Positions 18,080 to 25,564 of a DNA stretch of 64,000 nucleotides are shown here, piece after piece. The translations under genes and the position numbers were made by a program. The stretch covers positions 178 through 64,177 of the forward strand of contig JAAYDU010000034.1 of NCBI GenBank assembly GCA_012729095.1, read 5' to 3'. Source of the stretch: Methanobacteriota archaeon (GTDB lineage Archaea; Thermoplasmatota; Thermoplasmata; Methanomassiliicoccales; UBA472). Positions within the stretch are counted from its first letter, which is position 1; each line of letters starts with the position of its first letter. The notes under the pieces are model-generated. The model saw only the letters and a list, made by a program, of their open reading frames with translations. It had not been told where the DNA came from and searched no databases.

Positions 18080-18831
18080 GCTTGACCAAGAGGATCATCC
18101 CCTGCCTGGACGTCAAGAACGGGGCGGTAGTGAAGGGCATCAAGTTCCTGGACCTCAAGGACGTGGGATACCCGCCCGAGATGGCCGAGGCCTACGAGAA
18201 GCAGGGAGCGGACGAGATAGTGTTCCTGGACATATCTGCCAGCGCGGAGGGCAGGCGGACCTTGCTGGACATAGTCGAGGAGACTGCCAAGCGGCTCTTC
18301 GTCCCCCTGACCGTGGGCGGGGGCATACGGGAGAAGGACGACATGAGAGCGGCGCTCAACGCCGGTGCGGACAAGGTGTCCATGAACACCGTGGCGGTGC
18401 TGCGTCCCGAAATGATCTCCGAATGCGCCAAGGACTTCGGCTCGCAATGCGTGGTGGTGGCCATTGACGCCAAGAGGCGGGGCGGCGGCTGGACGGTGTA
18501 CACGCACGGGGGGCGGCAGGACGCCCGTATGGACATGGTGGAGTGGGCGCGGAAGGTGGAGGACCTGGGGGCCGGGGAGATACTGCTCACCAGCATGGAC
18601 GCCGATGGCACCAAGGACGGTTACGACATCGAGATGACCAGGGCGGTGGCGGAAGCGGTCAACATACCGGTAATAGCCTCCGGAGGATGCGGTTCCCCCA
18701 AGCACATACTGGACGTGCTGAGGGGGACCAAGGCGGAGGCAGCCCTGGCCGCCTCCATATTCCACTACGGCCAGTGGACGGTGCGGGATGTGAAGAGCTA
18801 CCTGAGGGAGAACGGGGTTGAGGTCAGATGA
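18076..18831 (+). CDS. hisF: Imidazole glycerol phosphate synthase, cyclase subunit
   Basis: [33 protein letters not shown] overlap with hisB. Confidence 0.9.
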   Translation: MSLTKRIIPCLDVKNGAVVKGIKFLDLKDVGYPPEMAEAYEKQGADEIVFLDISASAEGRRTLLDIVEETAKRLFVPLTVGGGIREKDDMRAALNAGADKVSMNTVAVLRPEMISECAKDFGSQCVVVAIDAKRRGGGWTVYTHGGRQDARMDMVEWARKVEDLGAGEILLTSMDADGTKDGYDIEMTRAVAEAVNIPVIASGGCGSPKHILDVLRGTKAEAALAASIFHYGQWTVRDVKSYLRENGVEVR

Positions 18832-19430
18832 GCGCTCCCAAGTTCGGCGCTGACGGCCTCTTACCGGTCATAGTGCAGGACCACGAGACGAACGAGGTCC
18901 TTATGATGGCCTACGCCAACGAGCAGGCATACCAGGACATGCTGAGCACCGGCTTCACCCACTTCTACTCCCGATCCCGGAAGGCCCAGTGGAAGAAGGG
19001 GGAGACCTCCGGGCACGTGCAGGAGATCGTCTCCATGCAGCTGGACTGCGATAACGATACCCTGCTCGTACGGGTGAGACAGACAGGGGTGGCCTGCCAC
19101 CTGGGGCGCATGTCCTGCTTCGACGAGGTGGTGTACGGCGATACGGAGGGGACCATGGCCGTGCTGCCAGCATTGCTGAGGGTAATCAGGGACCGCAGGG
19201 ACAACCCGACGGATGACAGTTACACCTGCAAGCTGTTCGCCGATGAGAACAAGCGCCTGAAGAAGGTGGTGGAGGAGGCCGGGGAGGTGCTGCTGGCGGC
19301 CAAGGACCGCCGGGCGGAGGAGCAATCCTGGGAGGTGGCCGACCTGATCTACCACCTCATGGTGGCGGTGGAGGGCATGGAAGCGGGCTGGGAGGACGTG
19401 TACCGGAAGCTTGCGGAGAGGAGGAGATGA
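18828..19430 (+). CDS. hisI: Bifunctional phosphoribosyl-AMP cyclohydrolase / phosphoribosyl-ATP pyrophosphatase
   Basis: [30 protein letters not shown], then a HisE-like SYTCKLF...[11 protein letters not shown]. Confidence 0.9.
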   Translation: MSAPKFGADGLLPVIVQDHETNEVLMMAYANEQAYQDMLSTGFTHFYSRSRKAQWKKGETSGHVQEIVSMQLDCDNDTLLVRVRQTGVACHLGRMSCFDEVVYGDTEGTMAVLPALLRVIRDRRDNPTDDSYTCKLFADENKRLKKVVEEAGEVLLAAKDRRAEEQSWEVADLIYHLMVAVEGMEAGWEDVYRKLAERRR

Positions 19431-20086
19431 GGGCCGAGCTGCACACCCACACCCTGCTCAGCGACGGCGAGCTGCTGCCGATCGAGCTGGCGCGCAGGGC
19501 ATTGATGAAAGGGACCAAGTACCTGGCCTTCACCGACCACGCTTCCCTGAGCAACCTGGAGAGGGTGATCGAGGAAGGACGCCGGGACGCTGAGCTGGCC
19601 GAGGAATGGGGCATGAAGGTGCTCACCGGCGTGGAGATAACCCACGTTCCCGTCAGGCGCCTGGACGAGGTTGTGGCGAAGGCCCGCAGGCTCGGCGCCG
19701 AGATCATAGTGGTGCACGGCGAGACGATAAGCGAGCCGGTGGAGAGGGGGACCAACATGGCGGCGGTCATGAACCCCGACGTGGACATACTCGCCCATCC
19801 TGGCTTCATCACCCTGGAGGAGGCCCAGGCGGCCCGTGACAACGGGGTGGTGCTGGAGATAACCTCCCGGGGATCGCATTGCAGGACCAACGGGCACGTG
19901 GTCAGGATGGCCCAGCAGGCCGGGGCGCTCACGGTCGTCAACACCGACGCCCACTCTCCCGGGGACCTCATAGACCTGGCCACGGCGACGCAGATCGCCC
20001 TGGGAGCCGGACTGTCCAGGGAGGAGACGGACCGGGCTTTGATAGAGACGCCCCAGTCCATCATCGGAAGGAGGTGGCACGCCTGA
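19427..20086 (+). CDS. PHP-domain phosphoesterase, probable histidinol-phosphate phosphatase
   Basis: AELHTHTLLSDG, FTDH, HGE, NTDAH metal-ligand pattern of the PHP fold. Embedded in the his cluster with an ATGA overlap. Confidence 0.65.
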   Translation: MRAELHTHTLLSDGELLPIELARRALMKGTKYLAFTDHASLSNLERVIEEGRRDAELAEEWGMKVLTGVEITHVPVRRLDEVVAKARRLGAEIIVVHGETISEPVERGTNMAAVMNPDVDILAHPGFITLEEAQAARDNGVVLEITSRGSHCRTNGHVVRMAQQAGALTVVNTDAHSPGDLIDLATATQIALGAGLSREETDRALIETPQSIIGRRWHA

Positions 20087-20088
20087 AG

Positions 20089-21438
20089 GTGCTCAAGTTC
20101 GGCGGGTCCTCCCTGAAGACCGGGGAGTGCATGCGCCAGGTGGCGGAGATCGTGGCCGCCGAGAAGGGGAAGAAGGCCGTGGTGCTGAGCGCGGTGACCG
20201 GGGTGACCGAGATGCTGGTGCGGTTCATTTCCCGCACCCGCAGCGAGGAGGACGTGGACGCCTTCATCAAGGACATCACGAAGGTTCACACCGACCTGGT
20301 CAGGGACGCCCTGCGCACGGAGAAGTGCCAGGCCAAGGCCATGGAGGAGCTGGTCGCCAAGCTGGTCAAGCTGGAACGCATGCTGTACGGCTCCTGCTAC
20401 ATAGAGGAGGTCAACCCGCGCATACGCGATTACGTGCAGTGCTTCGGCGAGAGGCTGTCGGTGATAATGCTGTCGGCCCTGCTGAACGAGATGAAGGTGG
20501 ATGCCAGACCGGTGGACGCGGACGATCTCGGCATCATAACCGACGGGGTGTACGGAACGGCCATGGTGAACATGGAGGCGACCCGCTCCAACATCCGTCC
20601 GAAACTGATGAAGATGCTTCAGGAGGATGCCACGCCGGTCATCACCGGCTTCTTCGGGCGCGCGCCGGAGGGCAGCGTGACCGTGTTCGGCAGGAACGGC
20701 AGCGACTACAGCGCCGCCGCCGTCGCCAACGCCATGGGGGCGTCGTCCCTGGAGATATGGAAGGACGTGGACGGCTTCATGAGCGTGGACCCTAAGATCG
20801 TGCCGTCGGCGAGGCCCATCCCCCGGCTCAGCTATGACGAGGCGGCCGAGCTCGCCTACTTCGGAGCGAAGGTCGTGCACCCCATGACCATGGAGCCGGC
20901 TCGCTCCGGCAACATAGAGATCAGGGTGAAGAACGTGTTCCGTCCCGAGGCGCCGGGCACGGCCATAGGCGGGACGGAGAACGTGGACAGGAGCATCAAG
21001 TCCATATCGTGCATGAAGAACCTCTCCCTGGTCAAGGTGTTCGGCGAGGGCACCGGCTATCGGCTGGGGGTACTGGCGGACGTCGCCTCCATGCTGAGGG
21101 AGGCGGAGATAAACATTTACAGCGTGGTGACCTCGCTCACCTGCATAGCTCTGCTGGTGGACAAGAAGGACGTGGCCAAGGCCCAGAAGGTGCTGGCGGA
21201 ATCGGGGGCGACCAGGGTCGAGACCCACACGGACTTCGCCCTGATGTGCATAGTCGGCGAGGGGCTGGGACATCACAAGGGGCTGGCGTCCAGGGTCTTC
21301 AAGGCCGTGGCCAAGGAGGGTGTGAACGTCGGGCTGATATCCGCCGGCGCCTCGCTCGTCGCCTACCATTTCACCATAGACGAGGAGGACCTGGAGAAGG
21401 CCACCAGGGCCGTGCACGAGGAACTGTTCGGGTGCTGA
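20089..21438 (+). CDS. lysC: Aspartate kinase with C-terminal ACT domains
   Basis: (K)VLKFGGSSL, VVLSAVTGVT, GRNGSDYSAAA, VHPMT, tandem ACT region. Start is GTG 20089 or CTG 20083 (CTGA overlap). The track's 19879 start is an out-of-frame extension. Confidence 0.85.
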   Translation: MLKFGGSSLKTGECMRQVAEIVAAEKGKKAVVLSAVTGVTEMLVRFISRTRSEEDVDAFIKDITKVHTDLVRDALRTEKCQAKAMEELVAKLVKLERMLYGSCYIEEVNPRIRDYVQCFGERLSVIMLSALLNEMKVDARPVDADDLGIITDGVYGTAMVNMEATRSNIRPKLMKMLQEDATPVITGFFGRAPEGSVTVFGRNGSDYSAAAVANAMGASSLEIWKDVDGFMSVDPKIVPSARPIPRLSYDEAAELAYFGAKVVHPMTMEPARSGNIEIRVKNVFRPEAPGTAIGGTENVDRSIKSISCMKNLSLVKVFGEGTGYRLGVLADVASMLREAEINIYSVVTSLTCIALLVDKKDVAKAQKVLAESGATRVETHTDFALMCIVGEGLGHHKGLASRVFKAVAKEGVNVGLISAGASLVAYHFTIDEEDLEKATRAVHEELFGC

Positions 21439-21439
21439 G

Positions 21440-22267
21440 ATGATCGTGGCGTTCCAGGGCGTGAAAGGCGCGTACAGCGAGGACGCGGTGTTCATGTGGA
21501 GCCCGCGGGCAAGTGCCCTGGAGTGCCCCGAGTTCCTGGACCTTTTCGACGCCGTGCGAACCGGAAGGGCCGACCTGGGCATGCTGCCGGTGGAGAACAG
21601 CATAGAGGGCAGCGTCACCGCCGCCAACGACCTGCTGTTCCGCAGCGAGCTGCACGTGGTGGGAGAGGTCATGGTGCACATACGGCACTGCCTGATCGGG
21701 CAGCCGGGCTCCCGGCTCGCCGACGTCAGAAGGGTGTACAGCCACCCCCAGGCCCTGGCGCAATGCCGGGACCTGCTCAACTCGCACCCGGAATGGCAGA
21801 AGGTGCCCGCGTTCGACACCGCCGGGTCGGTGCGCATGATACGGGAAAGGGGCCTGAAGGAGGAGGCCGCCCTGGCATCCCGCCGGGCGGCGGCCACCTA
21901 CGGCATGCAGGTGCTGCTGGAGGACGTTCAGAGCGTCAAGAACAACATAACCCGCTTCTTCGTGCTGTCCCGGGAACCCTCCGTGGATAGGGGTGACAAG
22001 ACGGCCCTGGCCTTCACCACCAAGAACAAGCCCGGAGCACTGTTCGAATGCCTGCGGGACTTCGCCTCGCACGAAGTGAACATCACCAAGCTGGAATCGC
22101 GCCCCTGGCAGGGTCGCACCTGGGAGTACGTGTTCTACCTGGACCTGGACGGCGATGCCCGGGAGGGGAAGGTCGCCGAGGCGCTGGAGGACCTCAGGAA
22201 GAGCGCTTCCTGCGTCCGCATATTCGGCTCCTTCGCCAAGGCGGCGCAGCCCTCAATCGGGCCTTAG
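21440..22267 (+). CDS. pheA: Prephenate dehydratase with ACT domain
   Basis: VAFQGVKGAYSE, LPVENSIEGSV, YSHPQAL, NITRF, ESRP. Confidence 0.85.
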   Translation: MIVAFQGVKGAYSEDAVFMWSPRASALECPEFLDLFDAVRTGRADLGMLPVENSIEGSVTAANDLLFRSELHVVGEVMVHIRHCLIGQPGSRLADVRRVYSHPQALAQCRDLLNSHPEWQKVPAFDTAGSVRMIRERGLKEEAALASRRAAATYGMQVLLEDVQSVKNNITRFFVLSREPSVDRGDKTALAFTTKNKPGALFECLRDFASHEVNITKLESRPWQGRTWEYVFYLDLDGDAREGKVAEALEDLRKSASCVRIFGSFAKAAQPSIGP

Positions 22268-22795
22268 GGCCTTGAGCGGCCTGTCCGCGGCGCTCCAGAA
22301 CTCCCCGTCCCAGTACAGCAGGGCCTGGTTCCTCTCGTAACCCTCCACTATGTCAGTGTGCTTTATCTCCCCTAGGTACCAGGTGTGGTCCCCCACCTCG
22401 AAGGACTGGGTCTTCAACACCTCGATGTTGATCAGGCACTCGGCGATGCGAGGGGCCTTGGTCCGCTTTCCCTTGACCGCAGTGAGACCGGTCAGCTCGA
22501 ACTTGTCCGTGTTGGAGCCGCTGCTCTCCCCGCATGCGATGACCTTTTCCAGAAGCTCCTTGCCGGGGATGTTGATGGTGAACTCGTCGTTCTCCTCCAG
22601 CAGCTTGTAGCTGTGGCGCGCCGTGGTGACCGCTATGCCAAGTATCGGCGGGCGCACCGAGAACACGTTGAACATGCCCACGGTGATAATGTTGTTCCTC
22701 TCCCCCTCATTGTCCGCCAGCCCCACCAGCACCACCGGCGCCGGGGGCAGGGACATCACAGACCCCATGTGGTCCAGATCCACCTTGTCGTCCAT
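22253..22795 (-). CDS. Flavin reductase-like (flavoredoxin-type) FMN-binding protein
   Basis: 180 aa. NIITVGMFNVFSVRPPILGIAV, RHSYKLLEENDEFTINI. Paralog of the next gene. Confidence 0.7.
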   Translation of the reverse strand: MDDKVDLDHMGSVMSLPPAPVVLVGLADNEGERNNIITVGMFNVFSVRPPILGIAVTTARHSYKLLEENDEFTINIPGKELLEKVIACGESSGSNTDKFELTGLTAVKGKRTKAPRIAECLINIEVLKTQSFEVGDHTWYLGEIKHTDIVEGYERNQALLYWDGEFWSAADRPLKALRPD

Positions 22796-22849
22796 GTTGA
22801 CCAGGATAACACCCGAAATACTACGGGAGCGGAAGGTTATTAAAGCTTT

Positions 22850-23374
22850 TCAGCGGCGCCTGATTATGTCCCCCAGCACCCGGAACTCCCCGGACCAGTA
22901 CATCAGGGACTTCTCCCGGTCGGCCTCCTTGGCCATCTCGGCGTGCACCACCTCGCCCAGATACCACACGTGGTCCCCGGCGTCCACCCTCTGGCGCTTG
23001 ACGCACTCCAGGTTCACCATGCACTCGTCTATGACCGGGGACCTGATCTTCTTGCCCTGCTTGGGCTCGAAGCCGCAGTCCTCGAACTTGTCGAACTCGC
23101 GCCCGGAGTGCTGCCCGCAGTAGAGAGCCTCCTCGACCAGGTCCTTGCTCGGTATGTTGATGGAGAAGTCTACGGCGTCCTCGAGCATCTCATAGGAGTG
23201 CCTGGCCGGGGACACGCCTATGCCCAGCACTGGTGGGTTGAAGGAGAACATGTGCACCAGTGCGATGGTGATGATGTTCCTGTTCCCCTTGCTGTCGCTT
23301 ACCGCCGCCAGTACGATAGGGAAGGCGGGGAAGCCCCTGCACGCCCATATCGGATTAACCTCGCTCTTCTCCAT
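22850..23374 (-). CDS. Flavin reductase-like (flavoredoxin-type) FMN-binding protein, tandem paralog
   Basis: NIITIALVHMFSFNPPVLGIGV, RHSYEMLEDAVDFSINI. Start set at ATG 23374 (MEKSEV...); the track's 23434 start reads through AT-rich promoter DNA. Confidence 0.7.
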   Translation of the reverse strand: MEKSEVNPIWACRGFPAFPIVLAAVSDSKGNRNIITIALVHMFSFNPPVLGIGVSPARHSYEMLEDAVDFSINIPSKDLVEEALYCGQHSGREFDKFEDCGFEPKQGKKIRSPVIDECMVNLECVKRQRVDAGDHVWYLGEVVHAEMAKEADREKSLMYWSGEFRVLGDIIRRR

Positions 23375-23530
23375 CGTGAAATCCCTTGTGGAGATTTTGG
23401 AGGACGATAAATAACGTTTGGTAGCATGGTTCACTTAAATGGAAGTTTATACCCTGTTAATACATCCAGATACATGCCGGAGGCGGCGGTCAATTTATAA
23501 TTACCCATTGGACTATCCGGCAGGAGCACC

Positions 23531-24316
23531 ATGAAGGCAAGGATAGGCATTATCGGCGGGACCGGGGTCTACGATCCCGAGATGTTCGAGCTCGAGGGCA
23601 CGGTGCGTCCGCACACCCCTTACGGGCCGGCCTCGGATGAGATACAGGTGGGAAAGCTGAAGGGCGTTCCAGTGGCCTTCCTGCCCCGGCACGGCCGCGG
23701 CCACGTGCTGCCGCCGCACATGATCAACTACCGTGCCAACGTATACGCCATGAAGCAGCTGGGCGTGGAGAGGATCATATCCCCCTGCGCCGTCGGATCC
23801 CTGCAGGAGGAGTTCAAACCCGGCGAGATCGTGCTGGTCGACCAGTTCGTGGACTTCACCAAATCCCGAAGGTACACCTTCTTCGACGGTCCGAAGACCG
23901 TTCACATCGGAGCGGCCGATCCGTTCTGCCCGGAGATGAACTCGCTTTTCGCCAAGGAGGCCGAGAAGGCCAAGGTACCTTTCCACAACGGCGGCACTTA
24001 CGTCTGCATCGAGGGACCCAGGTTCTCCACCAGGGCCGAGAGCAGGATGTACCGGGCGTTCGCGGACGTGATCGGAATGACGCTTGCCCCGGAATGCGCC
24101 CTGGCCCGGGAGATGGAGATGTGCTACACCAGCCTGGCCATGATCACAGATTATGACGTGTGGGCCGATCACCCGGTGGACACCGCCACGATACTGAGGA
24201 CAATGGCGGAGAACATGGACCGCATAAGGACCCTGCTAGGGAAGGTCGTCCCGAAGATACCGGAGGAGCGGAAGAAGTGCTCCTGCGGGAGCGTGCTGGC
24301 GGACGCCGGCGCCTAG
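23531..24316 (+). CDS. mtnP: S-methyl-5'-thioadenosine phosphorylase
   Basis: IGIIGGTG, FLPRHGRGH, NYRANVYAMKQLGV, GMT..PE. Confidence 0.85.
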   Translation: MKARIGIIGGTGVYDPEMFELEGTVRPHTPYGPASDEIQVGKLKGVPVAFLPRHGRGHVLPPHMINYRANVYAMKQLGVERIISPCAVGSLQEEFKPGEIVLVDQFVDFTKSRRYTFFDGPKTVHIGAADPFCPEMNSLFAKEAEKAKVPFHNGGTYVCIEGPRFSTRAESRMYRAFADVIGMTLAPECALAREMEMCYTSLAMITDYDVWADHPVDTATILRTMAENMDRIRTLLGKVVPKIPEERKKCSCGSVLADAGA

Positions 24317-24768
24317 AGGGCCGCCACGGCCTTCATTGCCTCCTCGGCATGCTCCTTGGAGCGCAGCGGGGAGTTGTAGACCATGCGTATCTTCCAGTCG
24401 CGGTCTATGACGTAGGTGGTCCGCGCGGGCGTTCCTCCGAGGCCGTAGGCACCGAAGGCCTTGCGCAGCTCCTCCTTCCCATCGCTCAGCAGGATGAAAG
24501 TAAGCTCGTGGTCAACCGCGAACTCCTTGTGCGTCCTGACGTCGTCCGAGGAGACGCCTATGACCTCGGCGCCGGCCGCCTGGAACCTTTCGTGCATCTG
24601 GCGGAACGCCACCGCCTCCAAGGTGCATACCTTGGTGAAGTCGGCCGGATAGAAATAGAGCACCAGGGCCTTCTTTCCCCTGATGTCCTTGGAGCTGACC
24701 ATCTTACCATCCTGGTCTGGCAGATCGAAATCGGGGGCGGTGTCGCCCTCCTGCAGCTTTCCTTTCAT
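24313..24768 (-). CDS. bcp: Peroxiredoxin, Bcp type
   Basis: APDFDLPDQDGK, LYFYPADFTKVCTLE (peroxidatic Cys), GVSSD. Confidence 0.85.
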   Translation of the reverse strand: MKGKLQEGDTAPDFDLPDQDGKMVSSKDIRGKKALVLYFYPADFTKVCTLEAVAFRQMHERFQAAGAEVIGVSSDDVRTHKEFAVDHELTFILLSDGKEELRKAFGAYGLGGTPARTTYVIDRDWKIRMVYNSPLRSKEHAEEAMKAVAAL

Positions 24769-24857
24769 GAACGGTGAGATGGGAGCACGGGCCTTATTAA
24801 GGATTCCAATAAGGGGATTGAAACATTTTTATTTTCAGTACGGGCATACTATTGGTC

Positions 24858-25088
24858 ATGACCTGCTACTTCCGCCATCTCGAGCATGTCTTCGAGAGGG
24901 CCGGACTTCAAATAGATATCGACAATCGCAAGCGGGTCGATATGATAGTACACGAAATGGTTGGCGTGGACTACAAGGACTGCTCGCAGACCTGGGCGGC
25001 GGTCAAGGAGCTTCTGAAGGACGAGGACGCCTTCGTCGAGAGGCTGCGGGCGGAATGCCTGGCCCACAACATCTACCTGGAGTACTGA
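24858..25088 (+). CDS. Small conserved hypothetical protein (about 76 aa)
   Basis: The ORF MTCYFRHLEHVFERAGLQIDIDNRKRVDMIVHEMVGVDYKDCSQTW... has coding-like composition. No family assigned. Confidence 0.4.
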   Translation: MTCYFRHLEHVFERAGLQIDIDNRKRVDMIVHEMVGVDYKDCSQTWAAVKELLKDEDAFVERLRAECLAHNIYLEY

Positions 25089-25089
25089 T

Positions 25090-25473
25090 TCACTCGCCTA
25101 TGTGCTTGCGGTAAGCGGATGCGTCCATCAGCTTGTCCAGCTCTCCGGGCTCGGACATCTTTATCCTGGCGATCCAGCCGTTGTCATAGGGGGACCTGTT
25201 GATCTGGGACGGGTCGTCGTCCAGAGGCCCGTTCACCGCCACTACCTCCCCGGAAACAGGGGCGTACACGTCGGCGGTGTTCTTCACGCTCTCCACGATG
25301 GCGAGCACGTCCCCCTTGCTCAACCTGTCTCCTTCCTTGGGCAGCTGGACGTAGACGAACTCGGTGAGCTCGCCCTGGGCATGGTCGGTGATCCCCACTG
25401 TGGCCATGTCGCCCTCGACCCTTGTCCACTCATGGTCCTTGGTGTAGCGGAGCTCCGCCGGTACCTCGCTCAT
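25090..25473 (-). CDS. gcvH: Glycine cleavage system H protein (lipoyl carrier)
   Basis: YTKDHEW, GITDHAQ, ESVK (lipoyl Lys), VNG. Confidence 0.9.
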   Translation of the reverse strand: MSEVPAELRYTKDHEWTRVEGDMATVGITDHAQGELTEFVYVQLPKEGDRLSKGDVLAIVESVKNTADVYAPVSGEVVAVNGPLDDDPSQINRSPYDNGWIARIKMSEPGELDKLMDASAYRKHIGE

Positions 25474-25564
25474 GATATCCTTCCGGGGAACGGATTACGA
25501 ATATTTATGGTTCGTGAATCGCGACCAACAAGGAATAAATATCCGGGGCTGGATGGAAAGGGGC

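Noticed and set aside
19357-21897. 846-aa ORF on the minus strand spanning hisIE, the PHP gene, lysC and pheA
   Set aside because: It lies antisense to four well-supported genes and crosses their boundaries. Its composition is Arg/Ala/Pro/Ser/Gly-rich with no recognisable motifs. This is the typical stop-poor shadow frame of high-GC coding DNA.
24801-24824. GGATTCCAATAAGGGGATTGAAAC resembles the two ends of some archaeal CRISPR repeats (…TTCCAATAAG…ATTGAAAG, as in Pyrococcus)
   Set aside because: It is a single copy only. There are no repeat-spacer periodicity, leader or cas genes anywhere in the window. The middle of the repeat is missing. It is most likely a chance resemblance within an AT-rich divergent promoter.
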